From: Thermoplasmata archaeon
GTDB taxonomy: Archaea > Thermoplasmatota > Thermoplasmata > Lutacidiplasmatales > UBA184
Reading direction: 5' to 3'
DNA length: 64,000 bases
NCBI GenBank assembly: GCA_028864975.1
Contig: JAGWLG010000011.1
Span: 26,081-90,080 of the forward strand
Below the pieces are notes generated by a model that searched no databases, was not told where the DNA came from, and worked only from the letters and a program-made list of their open reading frames with translations. Shown here one piece after another: positions 1-10,000 of the stretch. The position numbers and the translations under genes were made by a program. The stretch's first letter is position 1; the number at the start of each line of letters is the position of its first letter.

Positions 1-204
1 GTCTTCGGGGGGTCCGCCGTCGACATGAGGGGCGAAAGATGGGATTTCTAGCCTATCAATCCTTCTTTCCGCGTTAAAGAACCTGTGATTCAAGAAGTTG
101 AAGCTCCCGGCGTGTGCATAGAAATCGAGGCGCTTGCACCACGACATCCTGGGATCCGCGGCCTACATCGTGCCCCGGAGAGTGAAAGGGGCTCCGCGCG
201 GGGC

Positions 205-1371
205 TTAACGACGGCGTGGGGTGTTCTTGGGTGGGGAGGAGGAGGGCCGGGTCCCTGGCCGAACGGGCCTGCTTGTCGGCTTCGTTGCCCAGAGCAACTG
301 GGACGCGTGCCCCTTGAAGACGGGGATGGCCTCGAGCGGGACGCCTGCGACCTTCGCGAACTTCGTGAGGTCCGGGTGCTCGACCTTGATCCCGGTGAAC
401 CCCGCATCCTTGGCCAACGCGGCGAGTTCGCGGTCGCTGTAGTACCGGACCCGGCTCGCGATGGGTTCGGGGTCGGCGGGAGTCCCCCGAAGCGCCTCGG
501 TCGTGGTGTAGACTGCGACCCTCCCCCCGGGGGCGAGGGTCCGGAACATCTCCCGGAACGTCGCGGGGGCGTCCGGCAGGAAGCCGAGCACCCCGGTCAT
601 GACGGCGCGGGTGAACCTTCCATCGGCGAACGGAATGCGATCGGCCTCCGAGTGCACGAGCTCCAGCCGGTCTTGGGCGATCGCCTCCTGGTTCATCTCC
701 TCGGCCACCCGGAGCAGGTCCAGGCTGTGGTCGATGGCGGCGGCCCGACAACCGCTCTTCAAGGCATCCTGGAGGAAGGCCCCACCACCGCATCCCACCT
801 CGAGCAGGTCGTCCTGCTTCGTGAGCGAGAGCCTTTCCAAGATCGCGGCGAAGTTCGGCCGGTGGTAGAGCGGGTCGCGGTAGGTCTCCCGCCCGGCTCG
901 GCCGCTAGGGCGGCGAGCGTGACGGTCGGTAACCCAGTCTCCGAGGCGAGCGGGGCTTGTCGCACGGAAGAGGGTCGTCGCCACTTCGCTCGCGAACCAA
1001 CCGACCAGCTCCTCCCCCTCTTCGCTCAGGAGCCCGTGCCCGAAGCCTCGGTGCTCGATGGTGACCCGGGTCCCTCCTTGTTCCGGTGCGAGGCGGACCT
1101 CGACCTCGGTCGGAGCGTTCTTGGCCCAGGTCGGGGGGTGCCACCGGAAACGGATCCCCTCGCCCGGGTCCCAGGCCAGGATGCGAGCGACTTCGGTAGG
1201 ACGGCCTTTCTTAGGAGCCTCCAGAAGTCGCCCTCCCTTCTTCGGCTCCAGCTTGAGCTCCACCCCGCCCAGGGCGAGCGCGAGCTCCTCCACAAGCGAG
1301 GAGAAGACCTGGGAAGCGGGCAGCGGGAAGAACGTCGAGACCGAGAGGTCCATCGTGGGCGCCTCTGCCAT
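205..1371 (-). CDS. SRPBCC/AHSA1-like domain fused to class I SAM-dependent methyltransferase
   Basis: N-terminal half has an SRPBCC pattern (ILAWDPGEGIRFRW...EVEVRLAPEQGGTRVTIEH); C-terminal half has MTase motif I LLEVGCGGG and LAPGGRV. Confidence 0.75.
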   Translation of the reverse strand: MAEAPTMDLSVSTFFPLPASQVFSSLVEELALALGGVELKLEPKKGGRLLEAPKKGRPTEVARILAWDPGEGIRFRWHPPTWAKNAPTEVEVRLAPEQGGTRVTIEHRGFGHGLLSEEGEELVGWFASEVATTLFRATSPARLGDWVTDRHARRPSGRAGRETYRDPLYHRPNFAAILERLSLTKQDDLLEVGCGGGAFLQDALKSGCRAAAIDHSLDLLRVAEEMNQEAIAQDRLELVHSEADRIPFADGRFTRAVMTGVLGFLPDAPATFREMFRTLAPGGRVAVYTTTEALRGTPADPEPIASRVRYYSDRELAALAKDAGFTGIKVEHPDLTKFAKVAGVPLEAIPVFKGHASQLLWATKPTSRPVRPGTRPSSSPPKNTPRRR

Positions 1372-1466
1372 GCCGAGCGGATTGGAGGAGAGGAAGATAA
1401 GGGTGGGTCGTTGGCGGCAGGAGGCACGGAACGTTCATCTTCGTCCAGCGGCGTCCTTCGTGAGGA

Positions 1467-2213
1467 ATGACCCTCAGCACGCGGCTCGCGGTCCTCGTCC
1501 TGACCGTAGGGTTCATGATCGAGGGCGTCGGGGAGGCGTTCGAGTTCGTCTCGAAGCAGTGGCTCCTCGCCCACCTACCGAACGCCCTGCTCGACATCTA
1601 CTACATCGGCCCGGCGACCACGGTGGTGGGCTTCCTCTTCGCCTTCGCCGGACGCCACGAGTGGTCGGAACTCCACCGCAGGCACGTCCTGCATGGCCAC
1701 AAGGCCCTGCTCATCGCCATCGCCCTCCTGGGGTCCGTCGCGACGGTGGTCGCCCTCCTGGTCTACGAGTTCCCCGGTGCTGCGGTGCCCATCCTCCTCC
1801 CATGGGTCATGGGTGTCGCGGTCGCGGTGGGCCTGGGGAGCTCCTTCCTGAGCTACCTCCTGATCGGGTTCCACATCACCACACAACGGGGGAAGGCCTG
1901 CCTGGTCGCTGCCCTGGCCTGGGGCGTTCTGGTCTCGGTGATCGCCGGGTACGAGGTGGGGGCCAACTTCGTCTCGCTCGTGGCCTCGTTGCGAACGGGG
2001 AATCTTTCGGTCGCCAACTCGTTGAGCTCCCTGCTGGTGGTTACGACCATCCTCTTTGTGAGCTACTTCCTGCTCATGTTCGCCTACCGCGACGCCTACC
2101 AACAGCTCCTGCGGGGGATCCTACCGAAGGGCCACACCCCGGCGAAGCACTACCGAGGACCACCGCAGGGGGTGCCTCCCGCGGCTCCCTCGGTCCCGCC
2201 GAGCGGGAACTAG
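1467..2213 (+). CDS. Hypothetical multi-pass membrane protein (about 5-6 TM)
   Basis: ATG preceded by GTGAGG; several long hydrophobic stretches; no family recognised. Confidence 0.75.
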   Translation: MTLSTRLAVLVLTVGFMIEGVGEAFEFVSKQWLLAHLPNALLDIYYIGPATTVVGFLFAFAGRHEWSELHRRHVLHGHKALLIAIALLGSVATVVALLVYEFPGAAVPILLPWVMGVAVAVGLGSSFLSYLLIGFHITTQRGKACLVAALAWGVLVSVIAGYEVGANFVSLVASLRTGNLSVANSLSSLLVVTTILFVSYFLLMFAYRDAYQQLLRGILPKGHTPAKHYRGPPQGVPPAAPSVPPSGN

Positions 2214-2269
2214 GGTGGCGGTCCCCCGGCCACGCTCGGCTTTCATACGTGGGCTCCTCCTCGAACGTG

Positions 2270-3064
2270 ATGGCCCTCCCGGAGGCGCACGAGCGCATGG
2301 TGGACCTCGAAGGTTCTCCGGTCCACCTGTGGGAAGGCGGCGAGGGGCCTCCGCTGGTCTTCTTCCACGGGGCAGGGAGCATCGGTCAAGGCTGGGTCGG
2401 AGCGTTCCCCCTCCTCGCCCAGCATCATCGGGTGATCCTGCCCGACCTCCCGGGGTTCGGGCTCTCACCCGACAATCCACGCCTGAAGAACTTCCGCGAC
2501 CTCGGAGCGGCGCTCATCGAGCTCCTGAGGTCCGAGGGGCGCGGCCGCGTTGACCTGATGGGGAACTCGATGGGGGGCGGTATCGCCGCCGGCATCGCCC
2601 TCGAGCACCCCGAGCTCGTCCGCGGGCTGGTCCTTGCGGCACCTGGGGGATTGCATGAGAACGAGAACATGCACGCGGAGGCGGCGCGCGTCGTCCCGGG
2701 GGAGGTCAATCAGTGGCTCTTCTATCGCCCTGAGAGGGGCAGGGAGAGCTTCCCGACCCTCTCCCCGGAAGAGGTTCGAACGCGCTGGAGGTCGACCCGG
2801 CAGGCTCTGGGGCGTTGGGTGCAGCAGGGCTTCGTGAAACTGGACTACCCGAAGCTCAAGGTCCCGACGTTGATCGTCTGGGGTAGGCAGGACCGCATCC
2901 TCCCGAGCCAATGGGCGATCGAGCTTTCCGAGCGCATCCCCGGTAGTCGTGCTGTGGTCTTGGAGGAGTGTGGGCACATTCCTCAACTGGAGCTTCCCGG
3001 GGAGTTCACCCAGATCGTCGAGGGCTTCCTTTCCACGCTTCCCTCGACGAACGGGCAGAGCTAG
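2270..3064 (+). CDS. Alpha/beta fold hydrolase
   Basis: Start MALPEAHERM (ATG 2270) inside the long ORF 1058..3064; motifs FFHGAG, DLPGFG, nucleophile GNSMGG, WGRQD, CGHIPQLE. Confidence 0.9.
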   Translation: MALPEAHERMVDLEGSPVHLWEGGEGPPLVFFHGAGSIGQGWVGAFPLLAQHHRVILPDLPGFGLSPDNPRLKNFRDLGAALIELLRSEGRGRVDLMGNSMGGGIAAGIALEHPELVRGLVLAAPGGLHENENMHAEAARVVPGEVNQWLFYRPERGRESFPTLSPEEVRTRWRSTRQALGRWVQQGFVKLDYPKLKVPTLIVWGRQDRILPSQWAIELSERIPGSRAVVLEECGHIPQLELPGEFTQIVEGFLSTLPSTNGQS

Positions 3065-3098
3065 GCGGCCCACTCGCCGCAGCGCGCAAGGAGGAGGG

Positions 3099-3848
3099 AT
3101 GCCAGCGAGAACAGGGGAGGGCGGGACGGTCCCACGGGCGCCTCCCGACTGGGTTGAGGAGGAGAAGGAACACCTCGAGAGGTTGCGTTCGCTCCCCACC
3201 CCCGTCAAGGTGGAACAGGGCTTGCACCCTCCCGAGCACGCCTGTGCGGCGTGCACGGCCGCGAGGGCCCTACGCGCCCTCTTCGAACGCGAGAAGGTCC
3301 CCATCCTTTGGGTCGAGGTCGCCCACGTCCTTCCCGGACAAGAGGGCGTGGCCGCACCGCCCCCCTGGCTACGCATCCTCCTCCCAGGAGAGGAGACCGG
3401 CCCGGTGCGGTTCTTGGGCCCGCCCCGCGGCGACCTGCTGGAAGGGCTGACGATGGTCCTGCGAAGCATCGTGGTCCCCGAGGACCCTCCCCCGCTTCTT
3501 CCAGGGTGGAAGGACCTCGCCGCCCGGAGCAACCGGCACCACCACCTCCGGGTCTTTGCAGCCGCCCGGAACGCGGACGCACCGCCGGTGATCAGGACGC
3601 TCGGGCGCTTCGTCCACCTCAAGCCGGAACGATGGGCGCTCGACGTCATCGACGTCGAGACGTTCCCCAGGGAGGCGCGCCGAAGGGCGGTCCGCCATCT
3701 CCCCACGGTGACCATCGACGACTTCGCTCACTTCTACGGACCCCCCGACGAGGAGGAGCTCCTGGAAGCGGTCCGGCACGTGATGCCCTCCGGAGCGCTT
3801 CCGTACCTCGGGGTGAAGGGAGAGAGCCCCTTCGGCGGCGTACCGTAG
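3099..3848 (+). CDS. Protein disulfide oxidoreductase (PDO)/AhpF-N-like double thioredoxin-fold protein, degenerate
   Basis: ATG 3099 after GGAGGAGG; CAAC motif; RFLGPPRG resembles the PDO RF.G.P.G motif; second Trx unit DVIDVETFP...LPTVTID...FYGPPDEE. Confidence 0.6.
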   Translation: MPARTGEGGTVPRAPPDWVEEEKEHLERLRSLPTPVKVEQGLHPPEHACAACTAARALRALFEREKVPILWVEVAHVLPGQEGVAAPPPWLRILLPGEETGPVRFLGPPRGDLLEGLTMVLRSIVVPEDPPPLLPGWKDLAARSNRHHHLRVFAAARNADAPPVIRTLGRFVHLKPERWALDVIDVETFPREARRRAVRHLPTVTIDDFAHFYGPPDEEELLEAVRHVMPSGALPYLGVKGESPFGGVP

Positions 3849-3869
3849 ATTGAGGGGTGGTTTCCCCCC

Positions 3870-6461
3870 TCACGACCGCGCAACCTCGCCACCGGTCCGC
3901 GGCGCGCTGGCTGGGAGCGTCGCCAACCCCATGCGGGCAGGGGGAAGCGAGCGCCCGCGCCAGGCCTTGACGGGCTCGTACCAGCCGCCAGAGAGCAAGC
4001 CTGCCCCGACCCCGATCAGGAGGTCGCCCGGCGAGAGCGGAACGAAACGGAAGACCCCGGAAACCGCGGGGACGTAGAGGGCCGCGGCCAGCGCCATGAC
4101 GACGGCGGCGATGGCGGTGCGGAGGTAGGGATTCCTCCTCCCTTGCAGAGTCCGAAGGCTCTCTGTCCGGGACCGGCTGACCAACATGAGTGCGAGGTTC
4201 GAAGAGACCAGGGCCACGAAGGCTGTCGTGCGCGCCACGTCCTCTGTGCGCCCTGACGCGAGCATCAAGAGGAAGAGGGCGGCGACCCCTGCGAGCGCGC
4301 TGAACCCCAAGGTCAGGCTCCAGCGAAGGGTGCCCCCGCCATAGAGCGAGGCCTTCGGGTCCCGGGGTGGTCGGTCCATCGTGTCCGGTTCCGGGGGCTC
4401 GGCCTCAAAGACGACCGTGACGGTGGGGTCGATGATGAACTCCAAGAAGAGGATGTGCACCGGAAAGAGGACCAGCGGGAGACCGAGGAGCACCGGAAGG
4501 AACGCGATGCCGGCCAACGGGACGTGGACCGCAAGGAGGTACACGACGGCCTTTCGGAGGTTGTCGTAGATCGTCCGTCCTTCCCGGACAGCCCCGACGA
4601 TGGCGGGAAAGCTGTCCGAGAGCAGCACGAGCGAGGCGGCCTCACGAGCCACGTCCGTACCTCGTTCGCCCATGGCGATCCCGACCGTGGAAGCTCGGAG
4701 GGCGGGAGCGTCGTTCACTCCGTCCCCGGTCATGGTGACGACCTCCCCCGCATGCTGGAGCGCTCTGACCACGGAGAGCTTTTGCTCGGGTCGAACCCGG
4801 GCACAGACGGACACATGCCCGAGCCGCGCTCCCAGTTCCTGCTCGCGGAGGAGCGCGATCTGGGGGCCCGTCAGCACCTCTGCGCCCAAGGGCAGCCCTG
4901 CTTGGCGTGCTATCGACCGAGCCGTGGTCGGATGGTCCCCGGTGATCATCAGCACCCGGATGCCCGCTCGGCGCAGCGCTCGGACCGCGCGCGGGACGTC
5001 CGGCCTCAGAGGGTCCCGCAGGCCCACGAGGCCCAGCAACTCGAATCGAAGGCCCTCATCGGACCCTGGGAGGGGTCCCCCGGAGGGAAGCGTTGCCCGC
5101 GCGACCGCCAGCACCCGAAGACCCTCCCCTCCCATCCGGCCTACCTCGGCGAGGACTCTCTGCGTCTCGCTGTCCGAGAGATGGCAGAGCTCCGAGATCG
5201 ATTCCGGGGCGCCCTTGGCGGCCACCAAGAACCCGTCGCCCCCTCCGGTCAGCCAGACATGTGTGACCCAGAGGTGGTCCGAGCGGAGGGGATAGCTGCG
5301 TAGATGTCGCGGCTCAGGCGAGCGTTCGGGAGATCCGAGGTCGCGCTCGGACCTCAACAGGGCTTTCTCCATCGGGTCGACCGGGTCCGGGTCGCACGCC
5401 AGCGCCGCGATGCGGACTACCCTGGCACCCTCGACATTTCGGACCTGGGGCCCCCAGGCGACGGGAAGTTCTCCGAGGGGCTCGACAACCTCGAGCCGCA
5501 TGCGGTTCTCGGTCAGGGTCCCCGTCTTGTCCACGCAGAGGACCGTGGTCGAGCCTAGCCCCTCGATCGCCTCGAAGCGACGGGTGAGGACCCCTGCGCG
5601 CGAGATGCGCCACGCTCCCAGGGCCAGGAAGATCGTCAGCATAATCGGGATCTCCTCGGGGATGAGGGCCATGGCCAGGGTCACACCGGCCAGGAGTCCC
5701 TGGACCCAGGAGGAGAATCGCAGGTCGGAGAGCGCCGCGACCGAGACGATGGTGATGAGGGCCGCCACCCCCAGCCCCCGGACGAGGTGCCGGCTGTCCT
5801 GTTGCAGCCGTGTCGGCTCTGGTCGGAGCGTGCTGAGGCGTTCTCCGATCTTGCCGAACTCGGTCCGAGGTCCTGTGGCCACGACCTCCGCAACTCCGGA
5901 GCCTCGGACGACGAGCGTGTTCGCAAAGAGCTGGGGGCGGGCGCCCCCGCTCATCCCACCGGGTTCCTTCGGGACGGGGATAGATTCCCCGGTGAGCAGG
6001 GACTCGTCGGCTTCGAGGTGGTCACCCTCCACCAGAAGGACATCCGCGGGCACCCGTTCTCCCTCGTTCAGGAGGACTCGGTCCCCCCGCACGACCTCGC
6101 GGCAGGGGATGCGACGTCGTTGGCCTTCCCGGAGCACCTGCGCCCACGGGTCGGCCATGCGACGCAGGCTCTCGAGCGCACGCTCGGTCTTGCGCTCCTG
6201 ATGGATCGTCACGCCCACAATGATCGCGATGGAGGCGAGGAGGACTGCCGCGTCCCGCGGCTCTCCGAGGAACAGGTAGACCATCCCCGCGACCAGGAGA
6301 AGGGCGATCATCGGCTCGCTCACGACCTCCCACGCGAGGGACCACGCCCCGTGGTCGCGAGCCGTCGTGACCTCGTTCGGGCCCTCCTCGGAAAGGCGGC
6401 GAGCGGCCTCGGCCTCGGTCAGGCCAAGGGGCCCCGTCGACCCCGAGCTCGTGCCCGCCAT
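3870..6461 (-). CDS. Cation-transporting P-type ATPase (type II-like)
   Basis: TGES, DKTGTLT, MITGD, TGDGVNDAPAL motifs; ATG 6461 preceded by AAGGAG. Confidence 0.95.
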   Translation of the reverse strand: MAGTSSGSTGPLGLTEAEAARRLSEEGPNEVTTARDHGAWSLAWEVVSEPMIALLLVAGMVYLFLGEPRDAAVLLASIAIIVGVTIHQERKTERALESLRRMADPWAQVLREGQRRRIPCREVVRGDRVLLNEGERVPADVLLVEGDHLEADESLLTGESIPVPKEPGGMSGGARPQLFANTLVVRGSGVAEVVATGPRTEFGKIGERLSTLRPEPTRLQQDSRHLVRGLGVAALITIVSVAALSDLRFSSWVQGLLAGVTLAMALIPEEIPIMLTIFLALGAWRISRAGVLTRRFEAIEGLGSTTVLCVDKTGTLTENRMRLEVVEPLGELPVAWGPQVRNVEGARVVRIAALACDPDPVDPMEKALLRSERDLGSPERSPEPRHLRSYPLRSDHLWVTHVWLTGGGDGFLVAAKGAPESISELCHLSDSETQRVLAEVGRMGGEGLRVLAVARATLPSGGPLPGSDEGLRFELLGLVGLRDPLRPDVPRAVRALRRAGIRVLMITGDHPTTARSIARQAGLPLGAEVLTGPQIALLREQELGARLGHVSVCARVRPEQKLSVVRALQHAGEVVTMTGDGVNDAPALRASTVGIAMGERGTDVAREAASLVLLSDSFPAIVGAVREGRTIYDNLRKAVVYLLAVHVPLAGIAFLPVLLGLPLVLFPVHILFLEFIIDPTVTVVFEAEPPEPDTMDRPPRDPKASLYGGGTLRWSLTLGFSALAGVAALFLLMLASGRTEDVARTTAFVALVSSNLALMLVSRSRTESLRTLQGRRNPYLRTAIAAVVMALAAALYVPAVSGVFRFVPLSPGDLLIGVGAGLLSGGWYEPVKAWRGRSLPPARMGLATLPASAPRTGGEVARS

Positions 6462-6644
6462 GCTCCTTGCCGGCCGGGCCGGGGATGGCCCATGTCGTCG
6501 CGTCTCTCGAGCAGCAGGGGCCGCCGGTCGAAGCCGGGTATCTCTTCTTGGGTCCATGGGCCGATGAGGTTAGGGTCAATCGAGCTTCACTATGCTGTCG
6601 ACAGCTCCGTAGGAGGCTTCGCGTTCTGCCGGAGTTCCCCGACG

Positions 6645-8504
6645 TCAGGCTTCGGGCTTGGTCTTGCGCCGCTGTTGAGAAGAGGCCCCCGCGGGAGGTA
6701 CCCCTGGCGACGCCTCCACGGTGGCATCCCCCGAGGAGACCTTGCCATCCGCCGAGAACCTTCGAACGTGGCGGAGCATCGCCGACTCCCGTTTCCGTTC
6801 GGCCCGGTGGTACCCCTCGTCTCGGGTCCCCTGTGTCATCAGGATGACCACGCGCCCGGGGGCGCTCCTCCCCGTCCGCCCCTTCCGCTGGATGGTACGG
6901 ATCTCGCTCGGAAGGGCTTCGAAGAAGACCACCAGGTCGACGTTGGGGATGTCGATCCCCTCCTCGGCGACCGAGCTCGCCACCAGGACGGGGAACCTCC
7001 CGGAGCGGAAGTCCTCGAGGACCCGGGCCTGCTCCCTCTGGTCCATCCCCTTGTCCTCGTCCGACCGGGTGGCCTGCCCCACGAAGCGGCGCGCGACCAC
7101 CCCTCGCTCGGCGAGCCCCTCGACGATCGAACGGACCGTGTCGCGGAACTGTGCGAAGACCAGGATCTTGGCGGCGGAGTTCTTTTCGAGCGTCTCCTGG
7201 ACCACGGAGGCCAGCTCCGGGAGCTTCGGATGAGAAGCGCGGCCCTCGGGACCCAAGCTCACGCTTGCGGCCTCCCGGGACTTCGCGATCATCGGATGGG
7301 CGAGGAAGGCCTTGTCCGCCTTTCCGAGCTTGTCCTTCGCCGCAACGCGCTCGAAGTAGCCCAGGAGCGGGGCGACCCCCTGCGTCTCGAGAAGCTCTCC
7401 GGCGTGGTAGAAGTGCATGGCGAGCATCAATCGATAGAGGGCGCCGAACTTCCGCCCCATCGGGCCGGGGCGGGCCATGATCATCCCCCGCGTCGCGACG
7501 AGGTCCTTCACCCCGGTGACCCGGAGGGGCTTGTTCCGCAGGAACCCCATCTTCTGGAGGCTGTGCATCGACTCGTTCGCCGCCTCGCGGAGCCCCTTGC
7601 GCAGCTCCTCGAGCTCGGGGGGGAGCCGAACCCTGACGTGTTCGGTCTCGACAGCCTGGACATAGGCCGCGACGTCCGGGTCCTCGCGCGTCCGTGCCTC
7701 CACGCGGGAGATGGCGAGCGCCCCCAGGACCTCGTCGATCTTCGTCCCCTTCCCACCTGGGGATGCGGTGAGGCCGAGGACTCGACGGTCCTCGGGGCGC
7801 TGCGTCCGGTAGATGGCGGCGATCTTCACGTAGGCGTAGTTCCCGACGGCCCGGTGCGCCTCGTCGAAGACGAGCAACGCGACGTCCCGCAGGGAGTACC
7901 GCCCCTCCACCAGATCATTGACCACCAGCTGCGGCGTGGCGAAGACCGCCTGCGCAGGCTCCCAGGCCCCCTCCCGTTTCGGCGATCCTACCGTGCCAGT
8001 GAAGGTGGCCCGTGGGAGGGAGCGGAACCACCCCGCGAAGGAGCGGGCGTGCTGCTCCACCAACGGGCGGGTGGGAGCGAGGAACAGCACTTTCCCGCGG
8101 CGGCAACGCAGCCGCTCGGCCGCCGCCATCGCGGCGATCACGGTCTTCCCGAGCCCCGTGGGAAGAACCACCAGGACATCGGTCTCCAGCGCCATCCGTG
8201 TGATCGTGAGCTGGAAGGGGTAGGCCCGAACGCGGGAAGGTCGTAGCAAGGGATGGTCGACGAACTCGCTCGACGACTCTTGGAGGAGCATCCCCTCGGG
8301 CAGCGGCGGCTCGGGGGGAGGAAGGGCCGCGGCGGGCACGCCCACGGAAGGGTGCCCCGAGGGCTGCTCGCCTTCTTCCCCCCCGCCCACCAGAAAGTCG
8401 TCGAGGGTTCTCTGGGGCTTCGGCGCTACAGGGGAGGGAGGTCCGACGGGGGCGTCCGAGGAGGCCGCACCGGCCTTCTTCCCCGGGGCTCGCAGGCGCT
8501 CCAC
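6645..8504 (-). CDS. hef: Hef/FANCM-like SF2 DEAH helicase without ERCC4 nuclease domain
   Basis: LPTGLGKT, FLAPTRPLVEQH, VFDEAHRAVGNYAY, LGLTASPG, SSVAEEGIDIP, IQRKGRTGR. Confidence 0.9.
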   Translation of the reverse strand: MERLRAPGKKAGAASSDAPVGPPSPVAPKPQRTLDDFLVGGGEEGEQPSGHPSVGVPAAALPPPEPPLPEGMLLQESSSEFVDHPLLRPSRVRAYPFQLTITRMALETDVLVVLPTGLGKTVIAAMAAAERLRCRRGKVLFLAPTRPLVEQHARSFAGWFRSLPRATFTGTVGSPKREGAWEPAQAVFATPQLVVNDLVEGRYSLRDVALLVFDEAHRAVGNYAYVKIAAIYRTQRPEDRRVLGLTASPGGKGTKIDEVLGALAISRVEARTREDPDVAAYVQAVETEHVRVRLPPELEELRKGLREAANESMHSLQKMGFLRNKPLRVTGVKDLVATRGMIMARPGPMGRKFGALYRLMLAMHFYHAGELLETQGVAPLLGYFERVAAKDKLGKADKAFLAHPMIAKSREAASVSLGPEGRASHPKLPELASVVQETLEKNSAAKILVFAQFRDTVRSIVEGLAERGVVARRFVGQATRSDEDKGMDQREQARVLEDFRSGRFPVLVASSVAEEGIDIPNVDLVVFFEALPSEIRTIQRKGRTGRSAPGRVVILMTQGTRDEGYHRAERKRESAMLRHVRRFSADGKVSSGDATVEASPGVPPAGASSQQRRKTKPEA

Positions 8505-8531
8505 CTCATCTGGCAGGAGAGAGCCTTGGGC

Positions 8532-9860
8532 CTATGAGGCGTCGCCAGTCGCGACCGTTTCGGCCTTCGGGCGGAGGGCAGGGGGCGCGATCCGCTCCAC
8601 ACCCCCCATGTAGGGGCGCAGGACCTCGGGGACCGTGACGGTCCCGTCCGCGTTCTGATAGTTCTCCAGGATGACCGCCATCGCCCGGGAGGTGGCGACC
8701 GCGGTCGAGTTCAGCGTGTGCGGCACGACCTTGCCGGGCTTCCCTCGCTTGCCCATCCGGATACCGAGCCGCCGGGCCTGGTAGTCCGTGCAGTTGGAAC
8801 AGCTCACGACCTCGCGGTACGCCCCCTGCTTGGCGAAGTACGCTTCGATATCGTACTTCTTCGCGGCCACGGTGCCGATGTCGCCCGTGCAGACGTTGAC
8901 GACCCGGTAGGGCACGCGGAGCTTCTGGAAGATGTCCTCGGCGTTCGCGCGCAGCTCCTCGTGGATCCGATCGGAGTCCTCGGGCCGGCAAAAGACGAAC
9001 TGCTCGACCTTCTGGAACTGGTGCACGCGGAAGACCCCCTTCTGGTCCACACCATGGCCGCCGATCTCCCTTCGGAAGCACGGGGTGGCGGCGGTGAGGC
9101 GGATAGGGAGGTCCTCTTCCTCGAGGAGGTCCCCCAGGTGCAGGGCCCCCAGGGGGTGCTCGGCCGTGGCGATGAGGTAGAGGTCGTCCCCCTCGATCTT
9201 GTACATCACGTTCTCGAAGTCGGAGAGGTCCGTGACCCCCTCGTAGGGGGCCCTCCTCAACATCAAGGGGGGCGCGACGAGTCGAAACCCCTTGGCCAGG
9301 ATCAGATCGAGCGCGAAGCGCTGCAACGCGAGGTCGAGCTGGGCCAGTGCGCCCTCCAGGTAGAAGAAGCCGGCCCCGCTCGCACGCCGGGCACGGTCGA
9401 AGTCGGCGATGCCCAGCTTCTCCGCGAGCTCCCCGTGGGAGAGGAGCGGGAAGGAGGGTTTGGGGACCTCCCCCCAGGTCGCGACCGTCGCGTTGTCCCG
9501 GTCGTCCTTGCCGTACGGGACGCTCGTCTCGAGCAGGTTCGGCACCCGCATGAGGGTCCGGTCGCGCGTCTCCTGGGAGGTCCTCTCCAGGCGCTCGACC
9601 TCGGTCAGCTTGTCGGGAAGACCTTGGGCCTCTTCGCTCAGTTCCTTCGCGTCCTCCCCCTTCTTCCGAGCCTCCCCAAGGGCTCGGGAGAGCTCGTTGC
9701 GTCGCTTCCGAAGCCGGTCCCCCTCCTGGTGCAGACGCCGCCACTGGTTGTCGGCCGCCTGGACGGTCGCGAAGAGCTCCAGGTACTGGGGAACCTGCCG
9801 ACGCCCCAGGTTCTCCTTGACCTTCTCGGGCTCCCGGCGGACCAGGTCGAGGTCGATCAC
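8532..9860 (-). CDS. serS: Serine--tRNA ligase
   Basis: N-terminal coiled-coil arm; LIATAEHP, FRREIG, FRVHQFQK, EVVSCSNCTDYQARRL, HTLNSTA. Confidence 0.97.
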   Translation of the reverse strand: MIDLDLVRREPEKVKENLGRRQVPQYLELFATVQAADNQWRRLHQEGDRLRKRRNELSRALGEARKKGEDAKELSEEAQGLPDKLTEVERLERTSQETRDRTLMRVPNLLETSVPYGKDDRDNATVATWGEVPKPSFPLLSHGELAEKLGIADFDRARRASGAGFFYLEGALAQLDLALQRFALDLILAKGFRLVAPPLMLRRAPYEGVTDLSDFENVMYKIEGDDLYLIATAEHPLGALHLGDLLEEEDLPIRLTAATPCFRREIGGHGVDQKGVFRVHQFQKVEQFVFCRPEDSDRIHEELRANAEDIFQKLRVPYRVVNVCTGDIGTVAAKKYDIEAYFAKQGAYREVVSCSNCTDYQARRLGIRMGKRGKPGKVVPHTLNSTAVATSRAMAVILENYQNADGTVTVPEVLRPYMGGVERIAPPALRPKAETVATGDAS

Positions 9861-10000
9861 GGCGAGGGCTAGTCCGTCCCCCCCAAAGGCATTGCGAGAG
9901 ACCCCTACGAGGCCCGGAGGAGTGGTTCGCTTTCCGACCCTCGAGGTTTCACGGAAGCATTTTACCCGACCTTCCCTCGAGGGGGCAGGAGCAGGAAGCC

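Noticed and set aside
1-26. Possible 5' end of a minus-strand gene (ATG at 26, MSTADPPK)
   Set aside because: Only 8 codons are visible, too few to support a call.
1058-2269. N-terminal extensions of ORF-track calls (1058..3064; also 2949, 6557, 18292, 27521, 32531, 39299, 51142)
   Set aside because: They overlap upstream genes or lack protein-like composition. Downstream starts with an RBS or the family N-terminus fit better.
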